From contig CATOCA020000003.1 in NCBI GenBank assembly GCA_951406725.2, positions 1 to 64,000 on the forward strand: 64,000 bases of DNA, read 5' to 3'. The notes beneath the pieces were generated by a model. The model worked only from the letters and a program-made list of their open reading frames with translations, ran no database searches and had not been told where the DNA came from. Positions 11,959-25,130 of the stretch are shown here, one piece after another. This stretch comes from Octopus vulgaris (Eukaryota). Both the position numbers and the translations under genes were made by a program. Position 1 is the first letter of the stretch; every line of letters starts with the position of its first letter.

Positions 11959-12892
11959 ATTTAAAGCAACAGAAACTATTTATGATACCTAGAATAGAAC
12001 AATAATTTTGTAGTGCAATCAGTAATGTGGTCACCAGGCAAGTACCAGATAAATGGTCCAATCTCTCACCAGTCTGGCCTGTTACTCATTTCTGTCTAGC
12101 AGTCGTGCTTATATTTAACATTGACAGTTTACTGTGCTTTATAAAATACTAACAGATTTTGGTTGGGCACAAGGCCAGTTTTTGTATAAAACACAGTATA
12201 TGATAGTCAATAAAATATCAACTCAAATACAATGAAATACTGGTATGTATTTAATTGACTATGGAGGGACAAAACACTAGAATCAACCTCCCCACTGAAA
12301 TAGGATTGGCATTTAGAATAGAGAACTTAAACAGGTATTATTGTACAGTTTCACACTACATAACAGGTTTGCTTATCATTTGACACCTGACTATTTAAAC
12401 TCTTTTTATGTTTTCACTTCTTATGCTCTTTCTTTCACTTTATACCCACCTATAATAACTAATAGCTTCTGTGTTTGCCTGACTTGTTAGAAGAAGCAAT
12501 CAAATCTATCCCAGAATTGGTAAAGATCAAGTTACTTACCCAACAATTGTTTTTATACAACTGACTTTAATTACTGCTCCTCTCCCTCTCCCAATTATAC
12601 TTTTGAATGTTGTACTCATTATTGTTACAATGTCTACTTTTCCATGCTTGCATGCGTTAGATGTAAGTATGTATATATTCCTGCATACATGCATATACAC
12701 ATACACATATATATGATATGATATATATATATATATATATATACACACAAAGTATGGGGGTTTAGTTCACAGGTGATCTAAATGACTAGGTACACTAGGT
12801 AAGTGCTGTAACAGATTACCAAGGCTCCAAGGTTATAGTTGAGATGGTAGTTATGGAGCCATTGCAGATTTCTGACACAGCGGATATATAAT

Positions 12893-13052
12893 TGTTAAAG
12901 AGGACAACAAACATTAAGGCAAGACAAACATCTCAAGTCGTCTACAATATCATTATTGGAAGAATTCAAAGTACTTTGAATTTTTCCAATAATGATAATG
13001 TATACGACTTGAGATGTTTGTCTTGCCTTAATGTTTGTTGTCCTCTTTAACA
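12893..13052. repeat. 160-bp spacerless palindrome
   Basis: 80-bp arms centred on TTCAAAGT|ACTTTGAA, with 3 mismatches counted by eye. Confidence 0.95.
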
Positions 13053-13069
13053 GTCTTTCATATATATAT

Positions 13070-13293
13070 ATCATCATCATCGTTTAACGTCCGTTTTCCA
13101 TGCTAGCATGGGTTGGATGGTTTGACTGGGGTCTAGGAAGGTAGGAGGCTGCACCAGGCCCCACTCTGATCTGGCAGTGTTTCTACAGCTGGATGCCCTT
13201 CCTAACACCAAACACTCCATGAGTGTAGTGGGTACTTTTTACATGCCACCGGCACAGGTGCCAGGGGAGGCTGGCAACGGCCACGATCGGTTG
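13070..13293 (-). mobile_element. Short RTE LINE 3' end with (GAT)n tail
   Basis: Matches 31296-31490 and 35507-35740. Similar short copies at 17555-17868, 22539-22650 and 61210-61260; older ones at 1530, 7012, 16620, 63335. Confidence 0.85.
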
Positions 13294-14428
13294 TTTTCCC
13301 CTCAGTTGTAAATGGGTAACCTTACAATGGACTCATCTTCCAGTCAAGGGTTAATATTGGCCTGCTCATCTAGCCTGTGGGGTGACTTCATTCAAAAAGC
13401 TAAAATGAGGCAAAGCACACTGTGACTAGCGGTGTATAACAGTCTGGTTGATCATTTGATCGCATGATACATGTATGTGTGTGTGAGTGAGTGTCTATGT
13501 ATGTATGTGTCTTTGTCACCCCCACCTAATGCTTAACAATCAGTGTTGGTTTCTTTGTGACACCATAACTTAGAAGTTCAACAAAAGGAACCGGTAGAAC
13601 AAGTACCTAATTTTAAAATAAAACACAAGTACTGGGGTCAATTTCTTTGACTTAAAACCCTTCACACCTGTTCCTTATGGCAGCAGTCCAATGACTGACA
13701 CAAGTTAAAAGATAAAACACCAGGTGAATAATGACAAATCTATTTTACTAAACTCTTTGTTATTTTCATGATTAAAGGAAACAAAGTATTTCAACAGAAA
13801 TACAGCAGTGAAAGGGTTAAAATTTGTATCATCTCTATGTGTAGCTATTCTATGTGAGTGAGAAACTGAAGTGAAGGGGTAAACAAAAAGCAGAATTGTT
13901 TTGGTGGAAAGAAAAGCATTCTGAAATTGATCTTGTTAGATGTAGTGTGAAACTGTTACTAATGACTGAAAATTAAACAATAGACTGTAAAATATTGAAT
14001 AGAATAATACCCTGTCGATTCTGCTACCTTCCTTGTCCTTGGGGGTTATGAATATTAAAGATAATGTAAATAATTGCAGAAAGCATGTAAAGATGATATT
14101 ACAAGCACACCCTGACAATACAACCTCTGATATTGAAATGAAACTTAAAACTTACAACATTGACACAGATAAAAAAATAATGCAGGCAGCCAAGATTTGA
14201 AGCAAATGTGAAAGCTGGCAAAAATAATATATACACACATTACATATATACATACCATATATATATATATATAAAAACATATATACATACATATATATAT
14301 ATATATATATAAAAACATATATACATACATATATATATATATATATAAAAACATATATACATACATATATATATGTAAATGTATATATATATATATATAT
14401 ATGTGCGTGTATATATATATATATACAC

Positions 14429-14463
<35 letters not shown>

Positions 14464-15039
14464 CATGCACATACACATAAACATATACCTATACATATAT
14501 ACCTATGCATATACATATGTATATATGAACAAGTAAACATCAATGACCCATACAATATAAATTACTAAATGAAAGACTGAAACATAACCAAGCATGTTTT
14601 TTTTTGTTAAATTTCCTGTTTTTGACTCATATTTTCATCCTAATTTGGTTTGACATACAAAGGTTGATGAATTACAAAGCACAATTTTGAAATTCTGATT
14701 ACAGTCGTCCATTGGACTGCAGCCACACAGAGGCATCATCTTAGAGGATTTTAGTCAATTTTATCCACACGAGTCGATAAAATTTAGTACAACTTCTGTA
14801 TGTATGTCAGTCTGAGAAAAGTCCCCCCCCCAAAAAAAAAGGAGGTATTATATGAAGGAGGAGCATGTATGGCTTGCATCTTTATGCCATGAAGAGTTAT
14901 GTTATGAAGTACAAGAGGGAATACTTAAGCTACTAAACTGGCTACAACAATTTCTTGTGCGTCTCTGGACTATATTTCACAACTTCTGAAAGATATCTGT
15001 TTAGATTTACAGCCAAACATGGAAACATTGATAACTACC

Positions 15040-16450
15040 ATACATGAGGCAAAGTCAGAGAAAGCTCCTGGTGTTGACAACATCTTCAGAGAAATCTATA
15101 TGTATGATGGAAGGGAATTACGCTATAGACTTCTCTAATTGTTCAGAGAATGTTGACAATGCAGTGACCAACACCAATAGTTCAATGATGCACAGGTAGT
15201 CACCATTTACAAGTGGAAGGATGAACAACAGGATTATGGAAATTACGAAGGAATTTTCTTTGAATTGCAGGGAAAAGTCTAGCAAAAATACTGATCAAGG
15301 GATTATAAAATTTATCAGAATGAATTCTTCCTAAAAACCAGAATGAATTCTTCCTAAAAGCCAGTGTAGTTTTCATATGTCTAGGAACACCATTGATATG
15401 GTTTTCACTTTGTGACAAACTTAAGAAAAGCCTATCAGAAAGTGTATCCCACTTTTCATGGTGTTCACCAACTTAATGAAATTGACAGTGTGGGAACAGA
15501 AGATCTATGGATCTTCTTCAAAGATATTATTATTAAGTCAAATTTGTGGAGATAGTCAAGTAGTTTCATGCGGATATATTTACTGCAGTCTCTCGTGAGT
15601 ATGACTACTTGACATCCTTTCCAATCACCAATGAATTAAAGCAGGACTGTGTACTAGTTCAAATGAAATTTGGATTATTTCTGGATACCATACCTGAAAG
15701 GTGAAAGCAAATTCAAAGGTAGAGAGCATATCTGCACAAAAGCAGATAATAGGTTGTAGTCTTAATTTAGCATGAACTGACTCAGTGTGGACTATTCACA
15801 AACATCTCTTTACTAATGACTCAGATCTCATGGCTCAATCCTTAGAAGATAGAAAATGACACTCTATTTTGAATGACTGATGTCAGATTTTGGCCTTCCA
15901 AGAAGTGCAAAATAATCTAAAGTCTTGTATCAGCCTAAGCCTGGCATGCTCACACACTAACCACTAACTACCATATTGCAAATCAACCTCTATGTATGTT
16001 GAAAAAGTTCACATATTTAGGAAGTTCAATTTACAATGATAACAGCCTAGATGCAGAGGCAGATTATTGCATACAGTCAACTGCAGTCACTTTCAGAAAG
16101 CCCAATGATTATCAGTGGAAACAAGGCATAATACTCTCAGTAAAATGCAGAGTGTACTGTCCTATGTGTCATAATCTACTGGGACCTAAATTCTCTATTG
16201 CGTCCATATCAATAAGTTGATAAGCTACCAGTTAAACAAGCTACATATTGTGGTGAATATGTCTTAATGTGATAAAATCTCTAACCAATAGGTCCTGTGG
16301 TGTGGAAATATGCCGGCATCACAATTTCGCTGGACAGGACATATGAATGTGATCTGTATGGAGGAGACTAGGATCTCCAAGACCATGCTCCACAGTGGAA
16401 GTTGTGGAAGAGGATATCTGAAACTCTTATAAGGATGCCATCAAATGACC
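15040..16450 (+). mobile_element. Highly decayed RTE-type LINE RT
   Basis: Broken motifs KAPGVDNI, DYGNY-GI, AGKSLAKIL, TIDMVF, LKQDCVL, KFTYLGSSI. Many stops and frameshifts. Confidence 0.75.
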
Positions 16451-16497
16451 TCTTAGTGAAGAGGGTGACCTAATTATGATAGCATAAAAGACAATGA

Positions 16498-17122
16498 GGC
16501 AGAATTTTAGTTTAAGTGCCCCCATATAACCCCTCATAACATTTTTATTTTTGGAAATTTTCAGAAAATTGTTGCATATTTGCGTTCTACACATGGGAAT
16601 TCATACATCATGATCACGAACATGATCATCATTTAATGTCTGTTTTCCTGCTGATAGTTTGACAGGGTCTGGCTAGGTAGAAGACTGCACCAGGTTTCTG
16701 TTTTTGTAGGGTTTTTATGGCTGAATGCCCTTCCTAACACCAACCACCATACAGATTATGAAAAAAGAATTTTTTTTAATTTTTCAAATATATTTTTTTT
16801 TTATAAATCTGAGTTTAAAATATGGACAGACCAAATTTTTTGCTTAGATCCCGCCAATAAACCATTAACTGTGTTTATAAGGAGAAAGTTATAGAAAAAC
16901 ATCAATACATCACAGTCACAAAGAAGTGAGGAAGGTATCAGTTGGTGTTAATAACAAAAGCTAACTAGTCCTTAAATCACATGCAGATTTTTAAAAATTA
17001 GTTTTTTGCATGATTGTATGAATTCCCATGTGTAGAATGCAAATTTGCAAAAATTTTCTGAAAATTCAGAAAATAAAAATGTTAAGAGGGGTTATATGGA
17101 GTGCTGAAACCAGAATTCTGTC
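16498..17122. mobile_element. Non-autonomous DNA transposon with ~110-bp TIRs
   Basis: GGCAGAATT...CTACACATGGGAATTCATACA mirrored at 17010-17122. Imperfect 8-bp TSD GACAATGA/AACAATAA. An RTE tail is inserted inside. Confidence 0.8.
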
Positions 17123-18992
17123 AACAATAATTGACTGCAAAGAGTAGCAGAGGCTTCTATAGAAAGGTGAAAATGTTACTGGGTGTAATAACAATAAGAA
17201 AAGAGAGAAAAGGCTAAAACAAGATCCACTATACTAGGCCTAGCAATAGTGTTCTACAACACTAACCATTAGGATTATGGCAATACATTTGACCTACAGT
17301 TTCATGAAAGAGCAAAATATCACTGATGAAGTTTCTTATATTTAGAAAACGAAAAAAACATTTTCCTTACTGTGACAAATTCAGATTTCATTATGGGTGG
17401 CAACCAAGAACAAGAAAAGCCAACCCCTGTAAGTCTGTTAATCAATTCATCACTCCAAAATGATAAGTTATTTACATAAATTTTTATGGGTATACATAAA
17501 TATAAATGAATACCTATATATGCCTGAGGATGCACATGCACACACACACACAATATCATCATCATCGTTTAGCGTCCGCTTTACATGCGGGCGTGGGTTG
17601 GATGGTGCAACTGGGGTCTGGGAAGCCAGAAGGCTGCACCAGGCCCTGTCTGATCTGGCAGTGTTTCTACAGCTGGATGCCCTTCCTAACGCCAACCACT
17701 CCGTGAGTGTAGTGGGTACTTTTTATGTGCCACCTGCACAGGTGCCAGACAAGGCTGGCAAATGGCCACGATTGGATGGTGCTTTTTACGTGCCATGGGC
17801 ACGGGGGCCAGACGAGGCTGGCAACGGCCACAATCGGATGGTGCTTTTTACGTGCCACCGGCACGGACACACACACACATATATTCCCTCTATACATGTA
17901 TGTGGTTTCCTTCCCAAATCAACAGCATAGATCATTTGCTTACAAGGCAGTTATGAATTAGGCTAGCACCAGGGCAGATACTCTAATTTGTATATTTGTG
18001 CTTTTGAAGGTTCATCATTAATTGAACGATATTTATTTATGTATAACACATTGTCAATTAGAAGAACTAAAATAAATTTCTAAACTATGATGCTTCACTG
18101 TAGGTTAAATAAGAAGGGAAGGAAAATGAGCGGATGGTGTTTCTTGATGGACTGTTTCATGGATTGCTGATCACTCCTCAGAGAAAATGCACTTGGCTTC
18201 AGTACACAACCAACAGCATAGATTGGCTGCTTTAAAAGTAATCATAAATTAATCGAACTTAGGAGGAAATAAAGTCAAGACAATATTGGTGAAGATTTGA
18301 GTTTAGAAGCAGAGGGCCAAAATTAAATAATGCCATTCTTTGTGGTGTGTAGCAATACAAATAATCTAGAGTGTTCTTCATTGTTAAAGACAATGGAGTT
18401 TCATTAAGGGAGAATTTAGCAGTACATGGACAAGTGGTTTAGATATTACACTCATCATTGTAAGGTAATGGTTTCAATTCCCAAACCAAACAGTGCATTG
18501 AATTCTTGAGCAAAACCCTTCATGCTGCACCAGTACACTAAGTTGTAAATGCATTCAAGCAGTATCTGGAAAGTTTATCCAGTGAAGGACTGGTGTCCAG
18601 TGAAGGACTGGTGGGGAAAAGATATTGTAATCTCAGCCATGAGAATCAGATTAATGTCTGGGCTTTATAAATGCTGGGGCTTATGACAGAGCTAAGAATG
18701 CTAAAAATTCCTGGCAGGTTTATGTGGTCTAGTGGTAAGAGTGTTGGACTCATGATTGAAAATTGTTGGACTCATGATTTCAATTCCTGAACTAGGCAAT
18801 GCATTGTGTTCTTGCACAAAACACTTCATTTCACATTGCTCCAGTCCACTCAGCAGACACAAATGAGTAATCCTTGCAACAGATCAGCATCCTGTCCAGA
18901 GGGTAACAATATATATATATATATATATATGCAATAGAAACTGGGAAACAAGCCATTATGCGTCCATAGGGCTGAAGAAGGATGGCTTGTCC

Positions 18993-19383
18993 TTTATCTC
19001 TTTTACTTGTTTCAGTCATTTGACTGTGGCCATGCTGGAGCACCACCTTTAGTTGAGCAAATCGACCCCAGGACTTATTCTTTGTAAGCCTAGTACTTAT
19101 TCTATCAGTATCTTTTGCCAAACCGCTAAGTTACGGGGATGTAAACACACTAGCATCAGTTGTCAAGCGATGTTGGGGGGGGATAAACACAGACACAGAA
19201 ACATATATATACATACATACAACAGGCATCTTTCAGTTTCCGTCTACCAAATCCACTCATAAGGCTTTGGTCAGCCTGAGGCTATAGTAGAAGACACTTG
19301 CCCAAGGTGCCACGCAGTAGGACTAAACCCGGAACCATGTGATTGTTAAGCAAGCTACTTACCACACAGCCACTCCTACGCCT
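18993..19383 (-). mobile_element. tRNA-derived SINE family A, full length
   Basis: A-box-like TGGCTGTGTGG, B-box-like GGTTTAGTCC, LINE-like tail. Confidence 0.85.
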
Positions 19384-19652
19384 ATTATATGTATGTGTAT
19401 ATATATATATGTGTATATATATTTTATATATACATATATATATGTATATATATATATACGTATATATATGTATATATATATGTATATATATATATATATA
19501 TATTGATATTGATATATATATATATAATGATATTGATATATATATGTATATATATATATATATATAATGATATTGATATATATATGTATATATATATATA
19601 TAATGATATTGATATATATATATATATATATAATGATATTGATATATATATG

Positions 19653-19687
<35 letters not shown>

Positions 19688-19774
19688 AAGGGTGAAAAGG
19701 AACACACGAGTTGATATATATGAAAAAACAAGTAAAAAATAGAAAATGCTAAAATAATTTTATAGTGAACATTT

Positions 19775-19812
19775 CAGTACCGGTTTCGGTCATTTTGAGA
19801 CCTTTTCAACTG
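19775..19812 (-). ncRNA. Minimal hammerhead ribozyme, U3-A8 variant
   Basis: CAG-TTGAAAA-GGTC(tcaaaat)GACC-GAAA-CCGG-TA-CTG; palindromic stem III ACCGGT; located in the PLE 3' UTR. Confidence 0.75.
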
Positions 19813-20785
19813 TAACGATTAAATAATTAAATTTAGAAAAATTAGAAGAAAAGTTTTTTTAAAACAATATTTCTATAGTAGTGTTCAGATTTAAGTGGCA
19901 TTCTGCCTTTCTCTGACTCCCTTGTTTGCACTTGTGTGTTCGAGGTAGTTGTGAGTTCTTGGTAGGGTAGTAGAGGGAAGGCTGGTGAGGAAAGGGGGTG
20001 GGAGAATCTGGGAGTGCCCTGATGGTCGTATTTTGAATGGTCAGTGGCGGCTGGCAGTCTCAGTTCAATTCAGGAGAATATTTATATCGACAGGCTTGTT
20101 TATAGAATTAGCGTAGGTGTTATACTAAAAAACATTAGTGACAAACTTAAGGGGTAGGGGGTGGAGAAGAAGAAGAAGAAGAAGAAGAAGAAGAAGAAGA
20201 AGGAGAAGGAGAAGATGATGGTGATGGTGGTGATGATTATGACGACGATGATGATGATAACGATGATGATGAAGAAGAAGAAGAAGAAGAAGGAGGAGAA
20301 GGAGAAGATGGTGGTGATGATGGTGGCGATGATGATGACGCCGATGATGATGATAACGATGATGATGAAGAAGAAGAAGAAAAAAAAAAAAAAACAGAGA
20401 AGGGAGAATATGAATGGGTGTAAATATAGCTATGAAGGGGCTGATTAGTAATGGATTCTATGGAGTGTAGTATGTGTGTGTGTGTATATATTTTTTTTTC
20501 TTTTATTCTAAAGTTGAGGTATATTAATTGTTTGTCGTAGACCCGTTAAGAAGTGGCTTGTATTTTGTAATAAAGAGATTTTCTTTACTTATTCTTTGTC
20601 TCGAGGTTGTATCGTCCCTAAATTGGTAGAGGGGGAAAATTCTGAAGTTTGGTGTTTTTTTGTTGGCGCAAGTATCTATGTGTTGGCTAAAAGCTATTTT
20701 TCTGTTTTGGGGAATTTTTATCTGGGATCTGTGCAGGGCCATTCGTTTACGCAAACCATTTTTTGTTTGGCCTATGTACTGCTCT

Positions 20786-21721
20786 TTCCTCATTAAGAAA
20801 GCTAATAATATAATAGAAACAGACATATACTATAAGCCTACAGACTCTAAGCAATATCTTCCATTCAATTCATGCCACCCCAGACACACCAGGATGAATA
20901 TCCCCTTCAATCTAGCAAAAAGGATATGCACTATAGTCTCTAACGCAAACACCAGAGACACACGACTACAAGAACTAAAAGATACCCTAATCACCAGGAA
21001 CTATCCACCTTCACTTATTGACAAGTGCATTCAACGTGCCCTTCAACTTAACATCAAGGAACTGAGACATCCCAAATCAAAGAAAAACTTACAACCAAAA
21101 GCCTTACCATACATCTCCACACACAACCCTCTCAATAACGAAGCCTTCGACACCATCCTCCACAACATACCCCTCCTAAAAAAAGAGCACAGAATGAACA
21201 CAATCCTCCAAACACACACGATCATAAAAAGCAAAAGACAGCCTAGATCCATGAAAAGTCTCCTTACACAAGCCCGAATTCACTCTTCAACACAGAAGCC
21301 GACAGTAAAAAAATGTGGAAGACCCAATTGCGGGATATGCGACTATCTAATCGAGGGTTCTGAGTTCTCCTTCAAACAGGGACAACGGTTTACAGTGAAA
21401 AGCAACTTCACATGTGCTTCGGAGAACCTAATATACTCACTAACCTGCTCCGGGTGTCAAGAGCAGTACATAGGCCAAACAAAAAATGGTTTGCGTAAAC
21501 GAATGGCCCTGCACAGATCCCAGATAAAAATTCCCCAAAACAGAAAAATAGCTTTTAGCCAACACATAGATACTTGCGCCAACAAAAAAACACCAAACTT
21601 CAGAATTTTCCCCCTCTACCAATTTAGGGACGATACAACCTCGAGACAAAGAATAAGTAAAGAAAATCTCTTTATTACAAAATACAAGCCACTTCTTAAC
21701 GGGTCTACGACAAACAATTAA
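20786..21721 (+). CDS. PLE polyprotein C-terminal part (RT thumb, Cys linker, GIY-YIG endonuclease)
   Basis: TDIYYKPTDSKQYLPFNSCHP; CGRPNCGIC; FTCASENLIYSLTCSGCQEQYIGQT; KPLLN. Open frame, 5'-truncated. Confidence 0.9.
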   Translation, partial: FLIKKANNIIETDIYYKPTDSKQYLPFNSCHPRHTRMNIPFNLAKRICTIVSNANTRDTRLQELKDTLITRNYPPSLIDKCIQRALQLNIKELRHPKSKKNLQPKALPYISTHNPLNNEAFDTILHNIPLLKKEHRMNTILQTHTIIKSKRQPRSMKSLLTQARIHSSTQKPTVKKCGRPNCGICDYLIEGSEFSFKQGQRFTVKSNFTCASENLIYSLTCSGCQEQYIGQTKNGLRKRMALHRSQIKIPQNRKIAFSQHIDTCANKKTPNFRIFPLYQFRDDTTSRQRISKENLFITKYKPLLNGSTTNN

Positions 21722-22422
21722 TATACCTCAACTTTAGAATAAAAGAAAAAAATATATATACACACACACATACTACACTCCATAGAATCCATTACTAATC
21801 AGCCCCTTCATAGCTATATTTACACCCATTCATATTCTCCCTTCTCTGTTTTTTTTTTCTTCTTCTTCTTCATCATCATCGTTATCATCATCATCGGCGT
21901 CATCATCATCGCCACCATCATCACCACCATCTTCTCCTTCTCCTCCTTCTTCTTCTTCTTCTTCTTCATCATCATCGTTATCATCATCATCGTCGTCATA
22001 ATCATCACCACCATCACCATCATCTTCTCCTTCTCCTTCTTCTTCTTCTTCTTCTTCTTCTTCTTCTTCTCCACCCCCTACCCCTTAAGTTTGTCACTAA
22101 TGTTTTTTAGTATAACACCTACGCTAATTCTATAAACAAGCCTGTCGATATAAATATTCTCCTGAATTGAACTGAGACTGCCAGCCGCCACTGACCATTC
22201 AAAATACGACCATCAGGGCACTCCCAGATTCTCCCACCCCCTTTCCTCACCAGCCTTCCCTCTACTACCCTACCAAGAACTCACAACTACCTCGAACACA
22301 CAAGTGCAAACAAGGGAGTTAGAGAAAGGCAGAATGCCACTTAAATCTGAACACTACTATAGAAATATTGTTTTAAAAAAACTTTTCTTCTAATTTTTCT
22401 AAATTTAATTATTTAATCGTTA

Positions 22423-22460
22423 CAGTTGAAAACGTTTCAAAATGACCGAAACCGGTACTG
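22423..22460 (+). ncRNA. Hammerhead copy with disrupted stem II
   Basis: Same as 19775-19812 but GGTCT is changed to CGTTT in stem II. Confidence 0.6.
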
Positions 22461-22727
22461 AAATGTTCACTATAAAATTATTTTAGCATTTTCTATTTTT
22501 TACTTGTTTTTTCATATATATATATATATATACATACAGATCTGACTGGCCTGGTGCAGCCTTCGGGCTCCCCAGACTCCAGTTGAACTGTCCAACCCAT
22601 GCTAGCATGGAAAGCGGACGTTAAATGAGGATGATGATGATGATGATGATAATGATATTGATATATATATGTATATATATATATATATATATAATGATAT
22701 TGATATATATATAATGATATTGATATA

Positions 22728-22765
<38 letters not shown>

Positions 22766-22812
22766 GATATTGATATATATATGTATATATAATGATATTG
22801 ATATATATATAT

Positions 22813-25130
22813 CGTGTCCGGTTGGGTGCGCATTACCACGAATCGCCACCCACACCCAACGAAGAGGACGACTGCTTCACTGGCCTGGGCCGCCGACCAT
22901 CCCCGTGGACGCCTGCCCCTGGCCAGATCCTAGCAGTGGATCTTTTCGCGGGCGCTTGTCAGCGTGCATTGGAGCGGTTCAACTTCTCCAGGCGCCAACG
23001 CCGCCTCAACATCTCCCCGGCTGAGCTCTTGGCTCTTCGTTCCCTCCAACGGTGCGCTGACATTATCATCAAACCGGCTGACAAGGGTGGAGCTGTAGTG
23101 GTGTGGCGCGCGGACCTCTATAGGGCCGAGGCTTTCCGCCAACTCAATGACACCTCCTTCTATTCCCCTCTGCCCTCTAACCCCACACGTAGCTACCAAC
23201 AGACGGTATCCTCTACTGTCCAAGACCTCATCTCGTCCTCCCGTCTCCCCCGCACCGCATCCAACCTAATTGTGCGAACCCCACGTACCCCCACCATTTA
23301 CTTCCTCCCCAAAATCCACAAACCCAACAACCCTGGCCGCCCCATCGTCTCCGCCTGTAACTGCCCCACGGAGCTCATCTCTAAATACCTCGACCGTGTC
23401 CTTGCCCCCTAGTGGCATCTCTTCCCTCCCACATCCACGATACCAACCATGCTCTCCAGCTTTTCAACTCTTTCTCCTTTCCTCCCGGCTCCTCCAAAAT
23501 CCTTTTTACTATGGACATCCAAAGCCTCTATACTGTTATCCCTCACCACGAAGGACTGCAGGCCCTTCGACACTTTCTTGACCTCCGCTCTAACCCTGTA
23601 CCTGACACCTCCACACTCATTCGTCTGGCCGAACTTGTCCTTACTCTGAACTGCTTCTCGTTCGCGGGCGAGTTCTACCATCAGGTCTCGGGAGTGGCCA
23701 TGGGAACGCGAATGGGCCCCAACTATGCGAACCTGTTCGTTGGCTATGTTGAGGCCCAAATATTCTCTAATTTCACTGGTCCCACTCCTGAACTATATGG
23801 TCGTTATATTGACGACATTATCGGTGCCACCTCACTCTCCCGCGAACATCTAGATTCCTTCCTCTCTTTCATCCAATCTTTCCATCCAGCCCTCCACTTC
23901 ACTTCCACTATCTCCAACACCTCTGTCTCCTTCCTCGACATTTCGGTTAGCATTCTTGACTCCACTCTTACCACCTCCATTCACTACAAACACACAGACT
24001 CACACTCATACCTCAACTTCTCTTCCTCCCACCCAGAACACACCAAGCTTTCCATCCCCTATTCCCAATTCCTCCGTCTACGTAGGCTCTGTAGTGACGA
24101 CCATGACTTTGAGACTCAGTCTCAACGTATGGCTCACCACTTCACCCTACGTGGATACCCCCTCACCACTATCCACACCGCCCTTGCCAGAGCACGGTCC
24201 GTGGACCGTGTATCTGCTCTCTCTCCCCGAACCCGCCCTGTAGTCTCCCGCCTCCCTTTTCCCCTCACTTACCACCCCACGACCCTACGTCTCCAACGCA
24301 CCATTCTTCGAGCTTTCCGTCATCTCCAGTCCGACCCGTCCACTTCACACCTCTTCCCTAACCGACCCCTCCCCTCTTTCAAACGAGCCCACAACCTTCG
24401 AGACCTTTTGGTCCATAGCTCCTTCCCTGACCCTACCTCCCAACCCGGCTCGTTCCCCTGCTCCCGCCCACGTTGCCGCACTTGCCCTTACCTCTCCAAC
24501 ACCACCCGCCTCACTAGCACCCACCATCGACCCTATCCCATCATCCACTCCTTCACCTGCACCTCCAGCAATATTATCTATTGCATCTCTTGCTCTCTCT
24601 GCAATTCCTTGTACATCGGACAAACGGGACGCCGCTTGGCTGACCGGTTCGCGGAACACCTTCGTGACATCCACCTTGTGAACGACACACCGGTCTCACG
24701 CCATTTCCGCTCCACCGGTCACTCCTTGCAACACCTATCTGTGTTCGGTTTGTCCTTACACAGAGGCCATCCGGATTCCCGTTTGCGCCGTGAACAGGAA
24801 TTAATCTTCTCTCTTCGCTCTTATACGCCATTTGGTCTCAACTCTCCCCCCTCCTCATCTAACCCCCCTCTCCCCCCTCCTCACCTATCCTTTCTCCCCC
24901 GACCCCTACTTCTTCAGTCCTTCATCCTTTCACCCCTACTCCCCTTCCCTTCTTCCCTCTTTCTCCCTCCCTCTTCCCCTTCCCTCTGCTCCCTCACTCC
25001 CTCTCTCCCCTTCTCTCTCCCCCTCTCCCTCTTTCCTCCTTCATCCTTCTCCCCCATCCTCTCCTCTTCACCCTCCCCTCCCCCTCCCCTTCTTCTCCCC
25101 TCCCCCTCTTCTCCTCACTACACCACATGA
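22813..25130 (+). CDS. PLE reverse transcriptase-GIY-YIG polyprotein, single frameshift at ~23409
   Basis: [15 protein letters not shown]...[46 protein letters not shown]...YIGQTGR, PFGLN. Restoring one C joins the two ORFs as [19 protein letters not shown]. Confidence 0.9.

Larger units (their letters stand above)
19688..22520 (+). mobile_element. Penelope-like element 1, 5'-truncated, with inverted 3' copy
   Basis: 19714-20786 is the near-perfect reverse complement of 21459-22520. The body encodes RT thumb plus GIY-YIG. Inserted in (TA)n. Confidence 0.92.

Noticed and set aside
17320-17370. CTGATGA...GAAA hammerhead candidate
   Set aside because: Stem I cannot pair; likely a chance match in AT-rich sequence.
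20161-20448. Lys/Met-rich ORF (and its mirror at 21820-22074)
   Set aside because: Trinucleotide repeats in the PLE 3' UTR.
23410-23412. Stop readthrough or selenocysteine in the PLE
   Set aside because: The codon is TAG and the downstream ORF is in a different frame.
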